Below, one piece after another: positions 47,101-58,994 of a stretch of 64,000 nt of DNA (within the stretch, counting starts at the first letter, position 1; the number at the start of each line of letters is the position of its first letter). The position numbers and the translations under genes are program-made. The stretch comes from Zancudomyces culisetae HAW-14-8. Its lineage: Eukaryota > Fungi > Kickxellomycota. Where the stretch lies: contig JBNJNM010000015.1 in the NCBI GenBank assembly GCA_052426225.1, positions 248,001 through 312,000 on the forward strand. The letters run 5' to 3'. The notes beneath the pieces were generated by a model. That model was given only the letters and a program-made list of their open reading frames with translations. It was not told the DNA's origin and made no database searches.

Positions 47101-50100
47101 GCTTTCTAGAAATTTACTTGTATGAAACGATATTTTATTCTCAAATTCAGTATACCGCAAAGAATTGCATCCAGCAGGCAAGTTGATTCCTGAATTGGTA
47201 TTAGTGTTTCTATTGAGATTGTAAATGTAGTCTCGATTAAGAATGTTGGAAACTGTTATTCCAAAAGTAGTCATCTTATATTTTACGTATCCTAATGTCG
47301 TAACTGCTCCAATATTCTCATTCGGCTCTATTCGGTTATGAGTGACAAAACTTTCCATACATTGAGTATCTGAATTGATATGCCCCTGTAGGTTAATTAC
47401 TCCTGTACACGATAGACTTTTACTGGTAAAGGCATCTTGTTGCTGATTTGATAATACCGAAATACAGTTGTTGCTCAATGCTCTTTCCCAGCCTGGACGG
47501 CTTCGATCATTACTTGAGAATAAAAAAGGTACACTAAACTTTTTGGAAATAATTGAGTACACTTCAACAAATTCTAGAATCTCCAAACTTGAAGACATGT
47601 TATTCTCCAGGTATGAAACAAGCTCAACATCATCAAATACTCTTGAATTATTATCATCATTCGCATTTTGAAGTTTTGAAAGACTGGTAGTAAAATCCAT
47701 AATCCTGTCACATGTATTGTGATCTTTAGTAGAACCCTTGTTGTGGTGATTGTCATTTCTAGGTTCTATATAAACTGAACTCTTTAAACTACAAGAGCAT
47801 AAAAATACAAGTTGACCATTATACTTTTGAATTGCATTGTAATCGAGTAAAATTGATTTCCATCCCCATAGTACACAACCTGGTGCACGCTTATCTCCAA
47901 ACAAACCATAACTACACCCACATTTGCGAGCATGATCTCGATCTCGATTAGTACATGCAAATCTACAAATGTGGTAGTTGTACAATGTAACTCTTGAGCC
48001 AACTTCGGGTGGAAATGTGGTATTATAATGCAGGAGAGGTGCTTTAAATTGTGCAGATAATTGATTTTTAACGCCTTTTCTAATGATATTTTGCCTTCGT
48101 GTTGGAGAAATTACAACGAATTTATTATCCACAGTAAATATACCGAGTTTTTTTTGTAAAACACATGTTATTTTTCCAGAATATTCTTTTACCAAGCCCG
48201 AGTTTTCGAGTATATCGATTCTGTTGTCGATTTTGTTGCCAATAATGCTCTGATCAGGATTCAAGTTTGATGTAACAAGTGTTTGCTGATTCTCGTTAAC
48301 ATTTGCAGAGTTAGTATCCTGAAGATCTTTCAAGTTGAGTGCGGGTACATATGGTCTCAAGTATGAGGTAACACAACTTTTGGTCCCAAAAATGCATGAT
48401 ACAAAATAAACCTGGTCGTCTAGAGATACTTTATAATAAAGATCTGAGGATGAACTAATAAATGGCTTGGGATAATCACCATAGCTGTTATCTGCCATGT
48501 TTGAAGTGGAAAGCTTACAGTCCATGCAACTTTGAAATCGAATTGGTGTCAAAGAATTGATCATCACAAGACTACCAATGTACAAATTTGGATAATAGCA
48601 CTCTAGACAATTTTCTTGAACAGATGGATCATTGTTTTCCGGGTTGGTGTTACTATCACCGATTTCAAAATAGAGATATTTGGTCTGTGTATTATTTTCT
48701 GTTTCAGTAGCATGGTCTACACAATCATTTATGTTTGTAGTTTGTCGATTAAAGAAATTTTTCATTGCAAAGAAAGAGTCTAGTTGTTGTTGTTGTCGTT
48801 GTTGCTGTTGTCGTTGTTGCTGTTTTTGAGTTGAGGTGTGAAAAGATAATAAATCTAAAATTTCAACAACAAATACTCTTTTCCAACGACTTCCACTCTC
48901 ACCATTACTCTTTTCAGATTTTTCATCAACAACATTTGTGTAAAAAATGTTACTCTTTGCAAGTATTCTTCCAAAAATAAGATTATTGGTTTTATCACTA
49001 TTTATTATTTCACTATTATCGCCACAATAGTATTCATTTGTTTCGCCATGAGTGTTATAGGAATTCCAAGCTTCGCCCTCAATATATCCATATTCTTGAT
49101 TATAAATATAATTATTATACCCAGACGAAACATTATTATGGTTTTGACTCTGATAATGTTTTTGTACTAGTTCAACGACTCGGTTCAAAAGGTACGCTTT
49201 GAATTGAGAGTATGTTCCTCGGTCGTTAGGTAGTGTAACGATATCATTTTCATTATCATTATCATTAATATTAATGTTAGTCCTAGTGTTCCTATCAAGA
49301 TTGATATACCATAGCAACAATTCAGAAGTTGATTTTTTATATTCCATCGAATTATTGAAGAATTTAATAGAACTGAGTTTATCAATTGAAGTCGGAGAAC
49401 CAAATGACAGCCTAGATCGAGTAGAATTTGTGGTACTATGTTTGTTTGTACTTTTAGGTGTTTGTAATTTTTGTCTCTTGAAACGAGAAGCATTATCGGG
49501 TGTTTCTGTTGATTTTGATGGTGAGTTTGAAGTTGATGGCTCGGAAACAAAATTACTGACGTCTTTTTGTTGTTTCTCTTCTTGTTGTTGTTTGCAGTTA
49601 GAAGAAGTATCTTTTACTGTTAGTTCTGGTGTGTTGGGTTCTTTTCCGAGTAATGCCAGGGGTATGGAAACAAGTTCGAAATCATATATTTGTAAAATTG
49701 CACAACTTGTAATCTCTTGCAACTCACCATTATGATTACCATTATAATTACCATTACCGTTATCAATATCAACCTCAATATTGGTATCTGTTTTCCTGTT
49801 TTTTTGTTTATTGGAAATAATCCGAGTTACTCTATTTGTTTGCTGTTGTGTAAAATTCGAGACAACTTTGTACTTTGTAATCAAATAAAGGTTTATATTA
49901 CTATCATTTGTACCACTATTATTTCTATTTTTAGTTTTACTAATACTAACATTATCATATTCAGAATCTTCGTTATCTGAGGAAATACTGGTTTTACATT
50001 TTTTGTACTGATTAATGTGGTAAAAACAACAGGCACAGTAATCAAGATCAACGTCGGAACCAGGATCTGAATCAATATCATGGTTTGTAGTAAGTGTATT

Positions 50101-50721
50101 TCTACTGCTTTCGAATTTTTTACCAGCAGTGGCATTTGATAGGCCCTCCTGATGGCAATAATTGGCTAGCTGAACTATGATACTCTTCCCAAGATTGTCC
50201 GTTCGGCCACCAGTACATTTGTTGGAGTTATTCACAGTACAAAAACTGGCTGATTTAGTATGGGTATCAGTATCAGTATGAGCATGACTATGAGCATGGT
50301 TGTGGGTTGTAAGGTTATACTCGGTAAACACAAGGGAGATACCTGCCGAATGGTGATGAGAATTGGTTGTTTTGGATTCAAAATTGCTTGATTCCGATTC
50401 CGATTCCGATTTCGATTCCGATTTCGATTCCGATTCCGATACCAAATCCAGATCTTGACATAAGAATCGCTCAGAAAACGTCCCAAGCAAGTAATAGTTG
50501 CAGGAAATAGGGGATTGGTTACCTTCACCCGTACCTGTACCTGTACCTGTACCCGTACCTGTATTTGGCGAGATACTTTCGGATTCAAATCTCAAATGTC
50601 CCCGTTTGAACAGAGTGTTCGTGTTATCGAAATTACTCGAGTTTCCAAATTGTGCGGTACTTTTGTCTAGTAATTCAGTTAATGAAATGATTTTCTCTTT
50701 TGTTTTGTTTTTACTCTTCAT
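44197..50721 (-). CDS. CTC1: CST complex subunit CTC1-like protein, 2174 aa, expanded by low-complexity insertions
   Basis: Blocks in the order I recall for CTC1: YSGKITCVL...GIFTVD; GSRVTLYNYH; LCSCSLKSSVYI; LCGLL...LSDATAKL; C-terminal VVEFHLSIICKHC..C...C; 6.5-kb uninterrupted ORF. Confidence 0.65.
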   Translation of the reverse strand: MKSKNKTKEKIISLTELLDKSTAQFGNSSNFDNTNTLFKRGHLRFESESISPNTGTGTGTGTGTGEGNQSPISCNYYLLGTFSERFLCQDLDLVSESESKSESKSESESESSNFESKTTNSHHHSAGISLVFTEYNLTTHNHAHSHAHTDTDTHTKSASFCTVNNSNKCTGGRTDNLGKSIIVQLANYCHQEGLSNATAGKKFESSRNTLTTNHDIDSDPGSDVDLDYCACCFYHINQYKKCKTSISSDNEDSEYDNVSISKTKNRNNSGTNDSNINLYLITKYKVVSNFTQQQTNRVTRIISNKQKNRKTDTNIEVDIDNGNGNYNGNHNGELQEITSCAILQIYDFELVSIPLALLGKEPNTPELTVKDTSSNCKQQQEEKQQKDVSNFVSEPSTSNSPSKSTETPDNASRFKRQKLQTPKSTNKHSTTNSTRSRLSFGSPTSIDKLSSIKFFNNSMEYKKSTSELLLWYINLDRNTRTNININDNDNENDIVTLPNDRGTYSQFKAYLLNRVVELVQKHYQSQNHNNVSSGYNNYIYNQEYGYIEGEAWNSYNTHGETNEYYCGDNSEIINSDKTNNLIFGRILAKSNIFYTNVVDEKSEKSNGESGSRWKRVFVVEILDLLSFHTSTQKQQQRQQQQRQQQQLDSFFAMKNFFNRQTTNINDCVDHATETENNTQTKYLYFEIGDSNTNPENNDPSVQENCLECYYPNLYIGSLVMINSLTPIRFQSCMDCKLSTSNMADNSYGDYPKPFISSSSDLYYKVSLDDQVYFVSCIFGTKSCVTSYLRPYVPALNLKDLQDTNSANVNENQQTLVTSNLNPDQSIIGNKIDNRIDILENSGLVKEYSGKITCVLQKKLGIFTVDNKFVVISPTRRQNIIRKGVKNQLSAQFKAPLLHYNTTFPPEVGSRVTLYNYHICRFACTNRDRDHARKCGCSYGLFGDKRAPGCVLWGWKSILLDYNAIQKYNGQLVFLCSCSLKSSVYIEPRNDNHHNKGSTKDHNTCDRIMDFTTSLSKLQNANDDNNSRVFDDVELVSYLENNMSSSLEILEFVEVYSIISKKFSVPFLFSSNDRSRPGWERALSNNCISVLSNQQQDAFTSKSLSCTGVINLQGHINSDTQCMESFVTHNRIEPNENIGAVTTLGYVKYKMTTFGITVSNILNRDYIYNLNRNTNTNSGINLPAGCNSLRYTEFENKISFHTSKFLESELNLIFNKDELGLYNKTLCGLLKRTTRKNGFMKRKERIQFYYLSDATAKLLVLVLEDDLQHKSNSSHSNSHLDSQSSFSFSSPYYYLAQPKEDGLELKNNTSNSNDNNNSNEFNSETIGDRFHGNVFMWSNYNIAYFHKSKFNKFFKQNERGTSNTHTNNTSGGFNSLQCCIVVNASDARLVYNLGLINRFRDTSIFEHRDKGHLGYFIIPSQKRNRSKITGKNNRNKTQNKQINHNEQAQAQSQSQSQAQAQNYVLAFVFLIQPDDNFQNYLGHNVFKYKKIGYYKKVLINNLTYAKSGRYLGYIKKCAETAQTKNTAVSSSKQRNVNIIKEFGLIPVSAICRDPDQANNTVFANQLIIRNDTIVEFNPEHYELQEKLFRMSVSPAKEYRRPRIDFYDVLYYFSNSDSQKISVSGKSKTKPGMTKSIQPNSVINITGIVGSVEMVVSRFTNNDQSSFQSNKPNSFKETDSTDNQVPHSLKLVLLSHFGDHTRTFIYLTLSDFTFHVVKFIFKNFKIKVSNLRVLFSSSSNHYYCVPTGATVFTILEDFSISQSTVSTPNEHMNPHQQLYPNPSYKSPNDMRAITCAPSDSYPKPTSFTTVDGFEISDRLIDTAIQLDRVVEFHLSIICKHCKHLVSLNCFVHCFSNLDGLVASYTNDNNNSISDRLSTIDTSFEKAIHNQHNQSRGKNATNDQSQLLYSNFILKPLLVCTVRNTIMTTTIDNNTYFAHSNSNSNSNSQPRQQDENTKNVVDLKTHFYGCYKIETSNTPFISTLLSFDYTIWKSLSVDMVYHGINKYIYTHNAFNYISNIHYHYFNTRINSPSTSSKDGKLYFSNGSSSSNDNTGGRDPVSHITGCCFQEYNSFNQQFTKSYCCATPTTHSSIPNSIQITNQRIFALFSRFIELLLKRPVLYQSRFICSAQLPPYVSDLLSRCVSYQDLLALPTITIELFTIRPVTCRELFLHYMNN

Positions 50722-51410
50722 TTTTCCACATTTTTATCCTAAATAAATAACATTTAATAAATAATAAATAATAAATAAAATGGAAGAGTGAAAAGGTGGA
50801 AGAGAGGGAAAAGAAAAGAAAGGGAGAAAGAGGGAGGGGGGGGAGAAGGGAAGAAGATCTTGGATTTAAATCTCGAATTCGCTTACTTTTACAACCTTTT
50901 TCATTTTCTCGCTTTTTTCCATAGCTCCAAAACTTCTTACTTTATTATTCCAGCTTTTAGTAGGTATTTATTTATTTACTTTTTTATTCTATTCTATTCT
51001 ATTCTACTCTATTTTCTATTTCTATTATCTTATTTTTAGCTCTAAAAGTCGTGGATCCAAATTCCATTAATTGGTTTTTATTTTTGATAATTTATATTTC
51101 AAACCCTGTATATTCAAATTATTATATCATTTTATACTATGTTGTATTGTATTGAACTATTATTAACTCTCATAACAAAACCCCTTTTAATTAATCGAAA
51201 TTGCAAAATAAAAGTAAATAAATTTCTATAAAAAAAAATAAAACAAAAATAAAAACAAACGTATAAATACCGCCAAGTACACATACCAAACATGATATGT
51301 TTTACCTTTTTAAATATACATATATGACTCTTATTAACTTTACAAATTATCTCGTAAAAAGAAAAATAGTAAAGAATTATATATCATCATAACCAATTCC
51401 CACTTGTATT

Positions 51411-54400
51411 TTATTCAGTAGTCATTTTGGAATTCAACAAAGTAAAGTCAAAGACATCGGGCCCCTTATTCTGATTGGTGGGAACAATCAGAGATACGTT
51501 ATTAGCAATACATTCTTTCTTGAACTGAGTCGTAGCCTGAGTGAATTTATCTCTGCTCGATGTCAACAAATTCGAAAATTCCGTACAAGTCAAAATAGGA
51601 GTAATAAGTTTTACCAACAACTCTCTTCGTTCAATGGGCTGTTGATGCTGCACCACAAATGTCGAGTGGTCAAAAAGAGTTTGTTTGTGCAAAACGGCAA
51701 GAGAATATAGTGGACGTGAGAATGACCAGTCGTTTTTTCGGTCTTCAAATAAAATAATGTTGTAGAGTAAGATGAGCAATCTTCTTTGAACCTCAGCCAG
51801 CTGTGAAAACAACGATGCAATGTCTTGACAATTAGTAGGCAGTTTGGAAATAGATGTTGATGAAGGAACTAACCCGGTTCTACTACGATGCTTAAGTGTT
51901 GCTTTTTGTTGTTGTTGTTGTTGTTGTTGTTGTTGCTGCTGCTGCTGTTGTTGTTGGGATTGTTGTTGTTGCTGTTGTTGGGACTGTTCCTGATCTCGAT
52001 TTCCAATTGCGAGTCTATGTATAAACAATTCAGTGTTATGTTCAATAGTAAAAGTTACCAATCGATCAAGAGCCGAACATGCAGGAGAGGAAACAGCAGA
52101 ATCAGCAGACTGGAAGGCACCAACAAAGACATTCAAAATATAATTGAGAGAAAGAGCATCTATAGAAAGCAAGGAAATGTTTTGTGGACCAAGCAGAACT
52201 TCCAACATATTAAGAGCAGCAGTACAGAATTTGGGATAAGCCATAATTTCGGCAATTGGCACAGATCGCAACATTTCTAGAGTAATGGCATACGCATTTC
52301 CAAGGGCAGGATCATTGTAAATTGGCATTACACCAATAGCAACGTATCTTCCAGAAAGCAAATAAGTTAGAATGTTAAAACACACAGCTATAGGCTTGAG
52401 TTTAAGCTTATAAAGATCCGACGCCACAGAAAAATCCATCACCCGTTCTCGCAACATCAACCCAAACTGTACAATGATTTCACTGGCATCTCGAAACATC
52501 AAAATGCCATTAGGCGAGCATGTATCAAACTGCAGACGCTGAGATTTGTTATAAACATATTCGCGTATAAATTTCAGAAAGACTGTTCGAACTTCAATGT
52601 CGTCGGTGTAGATTTTGGACACAATATCCATCAGAATCCGCAGCCTAAAGTCAAAAACCCATTCAAAAAACACCATAAACGAAGTCTTGGATGTCAAAGC
52701 AGAAACAAAACCCCGTAAATCCTGCAAAAGCCGCACCAACCGTATGCCAGTCTCTGGCTGAGCAAAATAAACTCTGTTTTGCATATTCGCTTCGAATTCA
52801 TCAATTATTTGGCTCCAAGGCTCCAAAAACTTGAAAAGCAGCTCGGAACTAACATCAGATACCAACAGCGTCCGACATAGCGAAGCATAGTATCTCGATC
52901 TCAGCTTGTAACTTTTTGTAGAGTTGAGAAAGAGAAGTGAAGGGTCGGAATGGTTGTCCAACAGCAGCTTCATGCTTTCCAACTTGGCTATCTGCCGAAC
53001 AGTCGCATAACCAACTGACATTTCGTATAGCAACTCCAACGACTTTGGCACAACCTCAGAAGTCGCAGGATACGTTTTCAGATTGTGGATAATATGCTGT
53101 ATCATAATATCCAAACAGCGTTCGATAGTAACTTCGCCCAGCTGCAGAGATAAGTTACCAAACAATCTAGCCAGTTTCTGAGGAGAATCGCCTAGATATG
53201 CTGACCGGTAACTCTGGTAAAACATAATCAAAGCCAAATCCATCTGTTCAGGCAACTGCATTGGAACCGTCGCCAGCCTGATCATATACAAATTATCTAG
53301 CTTGATGACTGTCGCTATAAGTTGTGCGTCGATATCTTCATCTTCAACAGGCGATCTGTATGGTTGTCTGGCTGATAGAAATGCACCTGCTGAATATATC
53401 AACCATGCCAGCTGCACTTCTTCTACTGTAATTCGCATTTCTAGCTCTTGACTAACAATTCTATTGCCACTACCACTATCTATACCATTGACATTTCCGC
53501 CTCCGTTATCATTGCCTGTTCTTGTTCCTGTTCCATCTCCTCCACTTGCTGTATTTAGCACACTTTGATATTGTGTCGCAACGTTATTGATTGCTTGTAA
53601 CAATGTATTCCCACAACTCTCATATGCGACCCGAGCAATATACGATACCATTTCCAACTGATCCAATACCTCCTCTACGCTAATTATCACTTCCTCATCT
53701 GTTACTGAGCTTGTGGTCGCTTGAACCAGCGAAACCAAATATCCCGTCACTATCTTCTTTATCGATTCTAATACCATTGCATCTATTTGGCTAAGCTCTG
53801 AGTTTTGTCCTATTGGTTTGTACTCTTTTGCCGTGGATACTTTTTTCCAAAACGTAAGTAACGCTGTAATACTGTTTTGTGACCACTATTTATTCATTTT
53901 ATTATTGTTATTATTATTATTATTATTCCTAGGATCTGTAATTAATATCAATAAATAAAAATAAATAAAAACTTACCTCCCAAAGTGACAATCCTGTCAA
54001 TGAAAATGATGTAACCTTTTCAATAAACGGCGGATATACACCTTCATCATCTTCTACTTCTGTAACTGTATGAATTGTCCGGAACCTCGAAAGTAGTCGA
54101 CACAATTGATGATAGTTATTAACATCCTCCAACCCACACGCTCCCTCAATCACCCCAACTATCCCTTTCATTATCTCCTTGACAAACGTTTTCCGAACCT
54201 CATCCTCAAATAACGTACGACGAAACGATGCTATTAGCACCAATATCTCCATAAACATGGTCCGCACTTGTCCATCAGTCTTTACATATCCCTCAAAATA
54301 CCTCTTGACTATCTTTTTGCCATTAATCGAATCGCGCCATGCCCCAGGAATTTGTATTGATGTTATATCATCATCCGCCTCATCATAGGAAAGTCCAACA

Positions 54401-55540
54401 AAGTCAAATGCAAATATCGCCCGTTGCAATCGCAGTGATTCCAATAGTATTATTTCTTTCTCTTGTACTATTTTTTTTTTTGGTTTTTTGATTTTTTGGT
54501 TTTTTGGTTTTTATTATTTACACTTTTCCTTTTCCAAACCATTCAAAACCTTCTAATATAAATATTCATTCAACAATATTTCTATAAACCATTTGTTTAA
54601 CTTACCATCCATTTCTATTCCCGCCAAATCATCCAGAATCGTTTCTATATTATCATTACTAATCAAATACAACTGTATCATCTTTTGGTCCCGAAACATT
54701 GTCGCTATTTATCCATACCATACCATACCATATAATACCATATTATTCATTAATTCATATTACCAACATATATTCATCTGAATAATTATATATATTATAT
54801 ATATATATAAAAGAATAAATGTCTCCCCTTCTCCCACCTACTCACTACTTACCAACTCTTCTCTGGTTAGAAACATATTTCTGTGGATGTTCTCGACTCA
54901 TTTCCTCAGTAATAATCGTCAATAGCTGCAGCCCAACAATCAACTGCGCTCTCTTTAATGTACAAAACTTTATAATTTGATCCAAAAGCTCGACAATATC
55001 ATCATTAGAATACCACTCACTCAGAAGCAGGATCGAGATGATTTGGCCAATTTCGGGAATTAAATTCCGCGACAATGTATTCCCACTCTTTTTGATAAAA
55101 TCCAGCAAGGTCTTTCCCAAAGTTCGCTTTTCTTCAAAAGTAAATGTGCCCACGTGGTTTTGGACCAATACTTTTAGTCTATGGATCGAATAAAATTTTG
55201 AGTATAACAACGCAGTTTGTTCAAGAAACCACATCAAATGTCGTGCTGAATCTACCGGCGCCTTTATTGTGGCATGGACATTCAAGACTTTTTCCTGGCG
55301 GGTCGGTGACATTGCCTCAATGCCCATTTCGGAGGTTGGTGACCCAATAATAAATGATTGTCCGCTAATCGGCGGTTCCCACACTTGTTTCGGGTCCTCT
55401 CCAATCACAAACGTGGGGAAAAAGTAGCCTAGTTCTTTTTCTGCTCGCTGGCGATCAAGTGCATCGGCGCTTTGGTATAGGTGTGAGCAGAGAATATCAA
55501 ACTTGGCAACGGTTGGTTCCAAGCTTTGCTCAAGTTCCAT
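51411..55540 (-). CDS. XPO7: Exportin-7 (RanBP16/17), 1250 aa, 4 exons (55540-54853, 54704-54606, 54467-53977, 53885-51411)
   Basis: FRD; FDFVG...DEADDD...QIP..WR; NYHQLCRLLSRF; LAWLIY; NKSQRLQFD..SPNGILMFR; YPK; WSFSRPL; RDKFTQ; consistent splice phases. Confidence 0.92.
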
Positions 55541-56180
55541 TTTTATTTTATTTTTTCTTGTACTTTATTTTTACCTTATATTTGTATTTCTAGTGTTTAA
55601 ATACTAGTCTACTAACCTTGTTTATTTCTTTTATTGTTGCAGTTGTTGTAGTAGTTGTTGTTGTAGTTGTAGTTGTAGTTGTAGTTATAGCTATTTAAAA
55701 GTTCAAGTATTGTTATTTTATATTATTTTTACTGTTCACTTTTTCACTTTTCTCCTTTTTGCTCCCCCCTTTATTTTCATGTTCCAGCTTATTTTTTGAA
55801 AATTAGAAGCCGAGCTTTTTTTATTACTTGAAATAGGTTTATTATTTAATTTATCTCCTACAATAATTTTTGTATATAGGCACTTTTACCGCCATTCCTA
55901 GATTGTCTAAAAAAAAAAATCTAGGAAAAAAAAAAGGGGGAGTGGGAAGGGAAAGGAGTAACATGTGTTGAATGTTATATATTGTGTGTTGATTTCATGT
56001 GTATGTGTGTACCTGTATGTGTATGTATGGATGATTTGTGTTTGTATTTGTGTTTGTATTTGTATGTGATGAATATTTCTAGATAAATAGATGGTATGTG
56101 TGTTGCTTTGTATGGTTAATGTGCTTAATTATGCTTTTTTTTAAAATTTTTTTGCACGTTTTGTTTTTGTTTTATTAATA

Positions 56181-56181
<1 letters not shown>

Positions 56182-56212
<31 letters not shown>
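56182..56212. repeat. (ATT)10 microsatellite
   Basis: Direct reading. Confidence 0.9.
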
Positions 56213-56213
<1 letters not shown>

Positions 56214-57333
56214 TACTAGTATTACTCTTTTAATAGCAATTTTGCATTGTGAAATATTTAATATTTTTTCTTTTATTATGATTATATTATTGCTAATAGC
56301 TATGTAATATTATTGTATTGTAATGTGTATTGTATTATATTGTATTGAGTTGTATTTAGTAGAAATGAAATGTAAAATCTAGTAAATTAAAATTCATCCG
56401 AAAAAATAAAGTATAAAAAATGTCATCATAAAAAGGGTATATAAAAAAAATCAAGAGAAAAAGTAAATAGAAAATCCAACAAAATAATTATTTTGTTTTT
56501 ATGCTTTTTTACATTTTATTATTATTTTATTTTATTTTATTATATTTTTTAGTAATTTAAAAGTTTCATGTTGCACACAAGATTATACATCAAAGTGAAT
56601 GAATTAATGTACCAAAATTCAAAATCATGTTAATAGGAACCCAAAAGCTCTTGGAATTTAGTTGTATTTTAGTTTTTATTATTTTAGTTTATGCTTATAC
56701 TTTCAGAAATAAAAGTTAAAGGTGGTGTGCATAACGTAAAAAAATAAATAAAATGACAAAAATGATAAAAATGATAAAATAAATGAATAAATTTCGAGGA
56801 CCCGGGGGAAAAATAAAAAGGGTGAGAATGAGGAAATATATATATTATATTATGTATATGTATATGTATATGTATAAAAGGTGAGAATGAAATGCATATA
56901 TGTACAACAAATAGACAAAAAAGTAAGAATCAAAGACTAGGGGAAAAGGATGGATATAGGTGGATAAAACTAGGCTATTGTACAATATATTTGGTATATT
57001 TTGTTACATGACGTTTTTCTCTGCCCATATTGTAGTTCTAAAAGCACAAGAAAAATAAATGAATGGGGTTATAAATCGTATGACTTTTAAAAGAGTATAG
57101 GATTTTAATCTATCATTTTCTTTTCTTTTTATTTTTACTTTTTATTTTTCTAATCAGCAAATTATTTCCTTGGGAATGAAATCGCAAGATAAAGAAAAAT
57201 TTGGATTAAAATGAAAATTAAAATGAAAATTAAAGTGAAATAAATAATGCACTTGAGATTAAATAGTGATCAAAAAGATATTGATAAAAAAATAATAAAA
57301 AATACAAAAAAATAAAAATAAAAATAAAGCAAG

Positions 57334-58986
57334 ATGCTTTCAAAACCTAAATGTATCTCGGTACAAACTAGTCAAATACACCGAGTATTTTCATCCTTAT
57401 CAAAAGGTACAAAAACAGCAGGAAAAATAAGGGGAGGACCAAAATCTAGACTCCAGTTCCAAACACAATGGGGAGGAAACTTTTCAACAAGAACATTGAG
57501 AGTAGGTGGAGGTATTGGGAATAAATCACAGCAAGGGATTGAAGGGATTGAAAGCCGAGTAGTTAATATTCAAACTATCCAAGTATTTGCAAGAAAATAT
57601 ACTACAAATACTACGGCCCAAGCAGTAATAAAGGAGGAGATTGAAAAGGTAAATGTTGGTAGTGGTAGTAGCAAGATAATTGAAATGATTAAAGGCTGGA
57701 AACATCCACGAAGGTTTCCAAACGAAATAGAAATAGAAATAGAAACAGAAAAGATCAGTAAAAGAGAAGATAAGGAAGGGAAAGAAGAAGAAAAGAGGGG
57801 TAAAAAGGGGTATGTGGATAGCAAGTATGTAGGATACTGGCTAATATTTTGTTCGTCAATGTGTTTTGGGTTGATTGTTTGGGGAGGGTTAACACGGTTG
57901 ACAGAGTCAGGGCTATCGATGGTGGAGTGGAAACCACTAACAGGGTACCGCTTACCACGAAGCGAGGAGGAGTGGGAGGTAGAATTTTCGAAATACAAGG
58001 AATACCCAGAATATTCCAAAGTGCATGTTGATATAAGTATGGAGCATTTCAAGTATATATATTTTATGGAGTGGTTCCATAGGAATATTGGAAGGTTGTT
58101 TGGATTAGTGTATTTAGTGCCACTTGGATATTTTTTGGCACGAGGAAAGATCCATCGCAAAAACATTGGAAAAGTATTAGGATTGGGAGGACTGGTTGGG
58201 TTACAAGGGGGGATTGGATGGTTTATGGTGTATTCAGGACTTGATTCGCGATTCTTTGATGAGGAAGATGAAGACTATGTAATTCCACGAGTATCACAGT
58301 ACCGATTGACTATGCATCTTGGAATGGCATACTTGTTGTTTATTGCATTTGCAACATATGGATGGAGAACTATACGAACAAACAATAAATTAATGAAGAT
58401 GATAAAGGCGGTGAAAAAGGGCAGAGTGGAAGAGATTGGTAAAATCAACAAGGAGGTGGAATACAAAGGAGTATCTACAGCAACACGGCATAATTTGATA
58501 ATGGTTCTATTGACATGTTTGAGTGGAGGAATGGTGGCGGGATTGGATGCCGGATTGGTTTACAATAGTACATTCCCACATATGAGTTCTAGTACAGAAG
58601 GAGAATTGCTTCCACCAACAAAAGAGTTGTGGCGAAAACGGAGTGCAGGAACGATGGCAACAATCAAGTACAATTTGTTTGAGAATCCAACAAGTGTACA
58701 ATTGATCCACCGGCTATTGGCTATTAGTTCGTTCTTTTCGGTGTCATATACGTACTTTAGATACCGCAAAGTGATGAAGAAAAGTGGATTAGGGGCTACT
58801 CCACGGATACTGTTTGTTACATCGTTTGGGTTTGTGATATCACAATTTATGTTGGGAATTGGAGCACTTCTTAACAATGTGCATATCAATTGGGCATCGG
58901 CTCATCAAGCCAATTCAGTTTTATTAGTTAGTAACTTGTTACTGTTAAAAATATTTATGAAACGTTTACCTAAAATACTTTTTTAA
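57334..58986 (+). CDS. COX15: Heme A synthase
   Basis: GGLTRLTESGLSMVEWKP, YFMEWFHR..GR, QGGIGWFMV.SGL, PRVSQYRL..HL, VAGLDAGLVYN, QLIHR, ASAHQ. Confidence 0.97.
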   Translation: MLSKPKCISVQTSQIHRVFSSLSKGTKTAGKIRGGPKSRLQFQTQWGGNFSTRTLRVGGGIGNKSQQGIEGIESRVVNIQTIQVFARKYTTNTTAQAVIKEEIEKVNVGSGSSKIIEMIKGWKHPRRFPNEIEIEIETEKISKREDKEGKEEEKRGKKGYVDSKYVGYWLIFCSSMCFGLIVWGGLTRLTESGLSMVEWKPLTGYRLPRSEEEWEVEFSKYKEYPEYSKVHVDISMEHFKYIYFMEWFHRNIGRLFGLVYLVPLGYFLARGKIHRKNIGKVLGLGGLVGLQGGIGWFMVYSGLDSRFFDEEDEDYVIPRVSQYRLTMHLGMAYLLFIAFATYGWRTIRTNNKLMKMIKAVKKGRVEEIGKINKEVEYKGVSTATRHNLIMVLLTCLSGGMVAGLDAGLVYNSTFPHMSSSTEGELLPPTKELWRKRSAGTMATIKYNLFENPTSVQLIHRLLAISSFFSVSYTYFRYRKVMKKSGLGATPRILFVTSFGFVISQFMLGIGALLNNVHINWASAHQANSVLLVSNLLLLKIFMKRLPKILF

Positions 58987-58994
58987 ATAATAAA

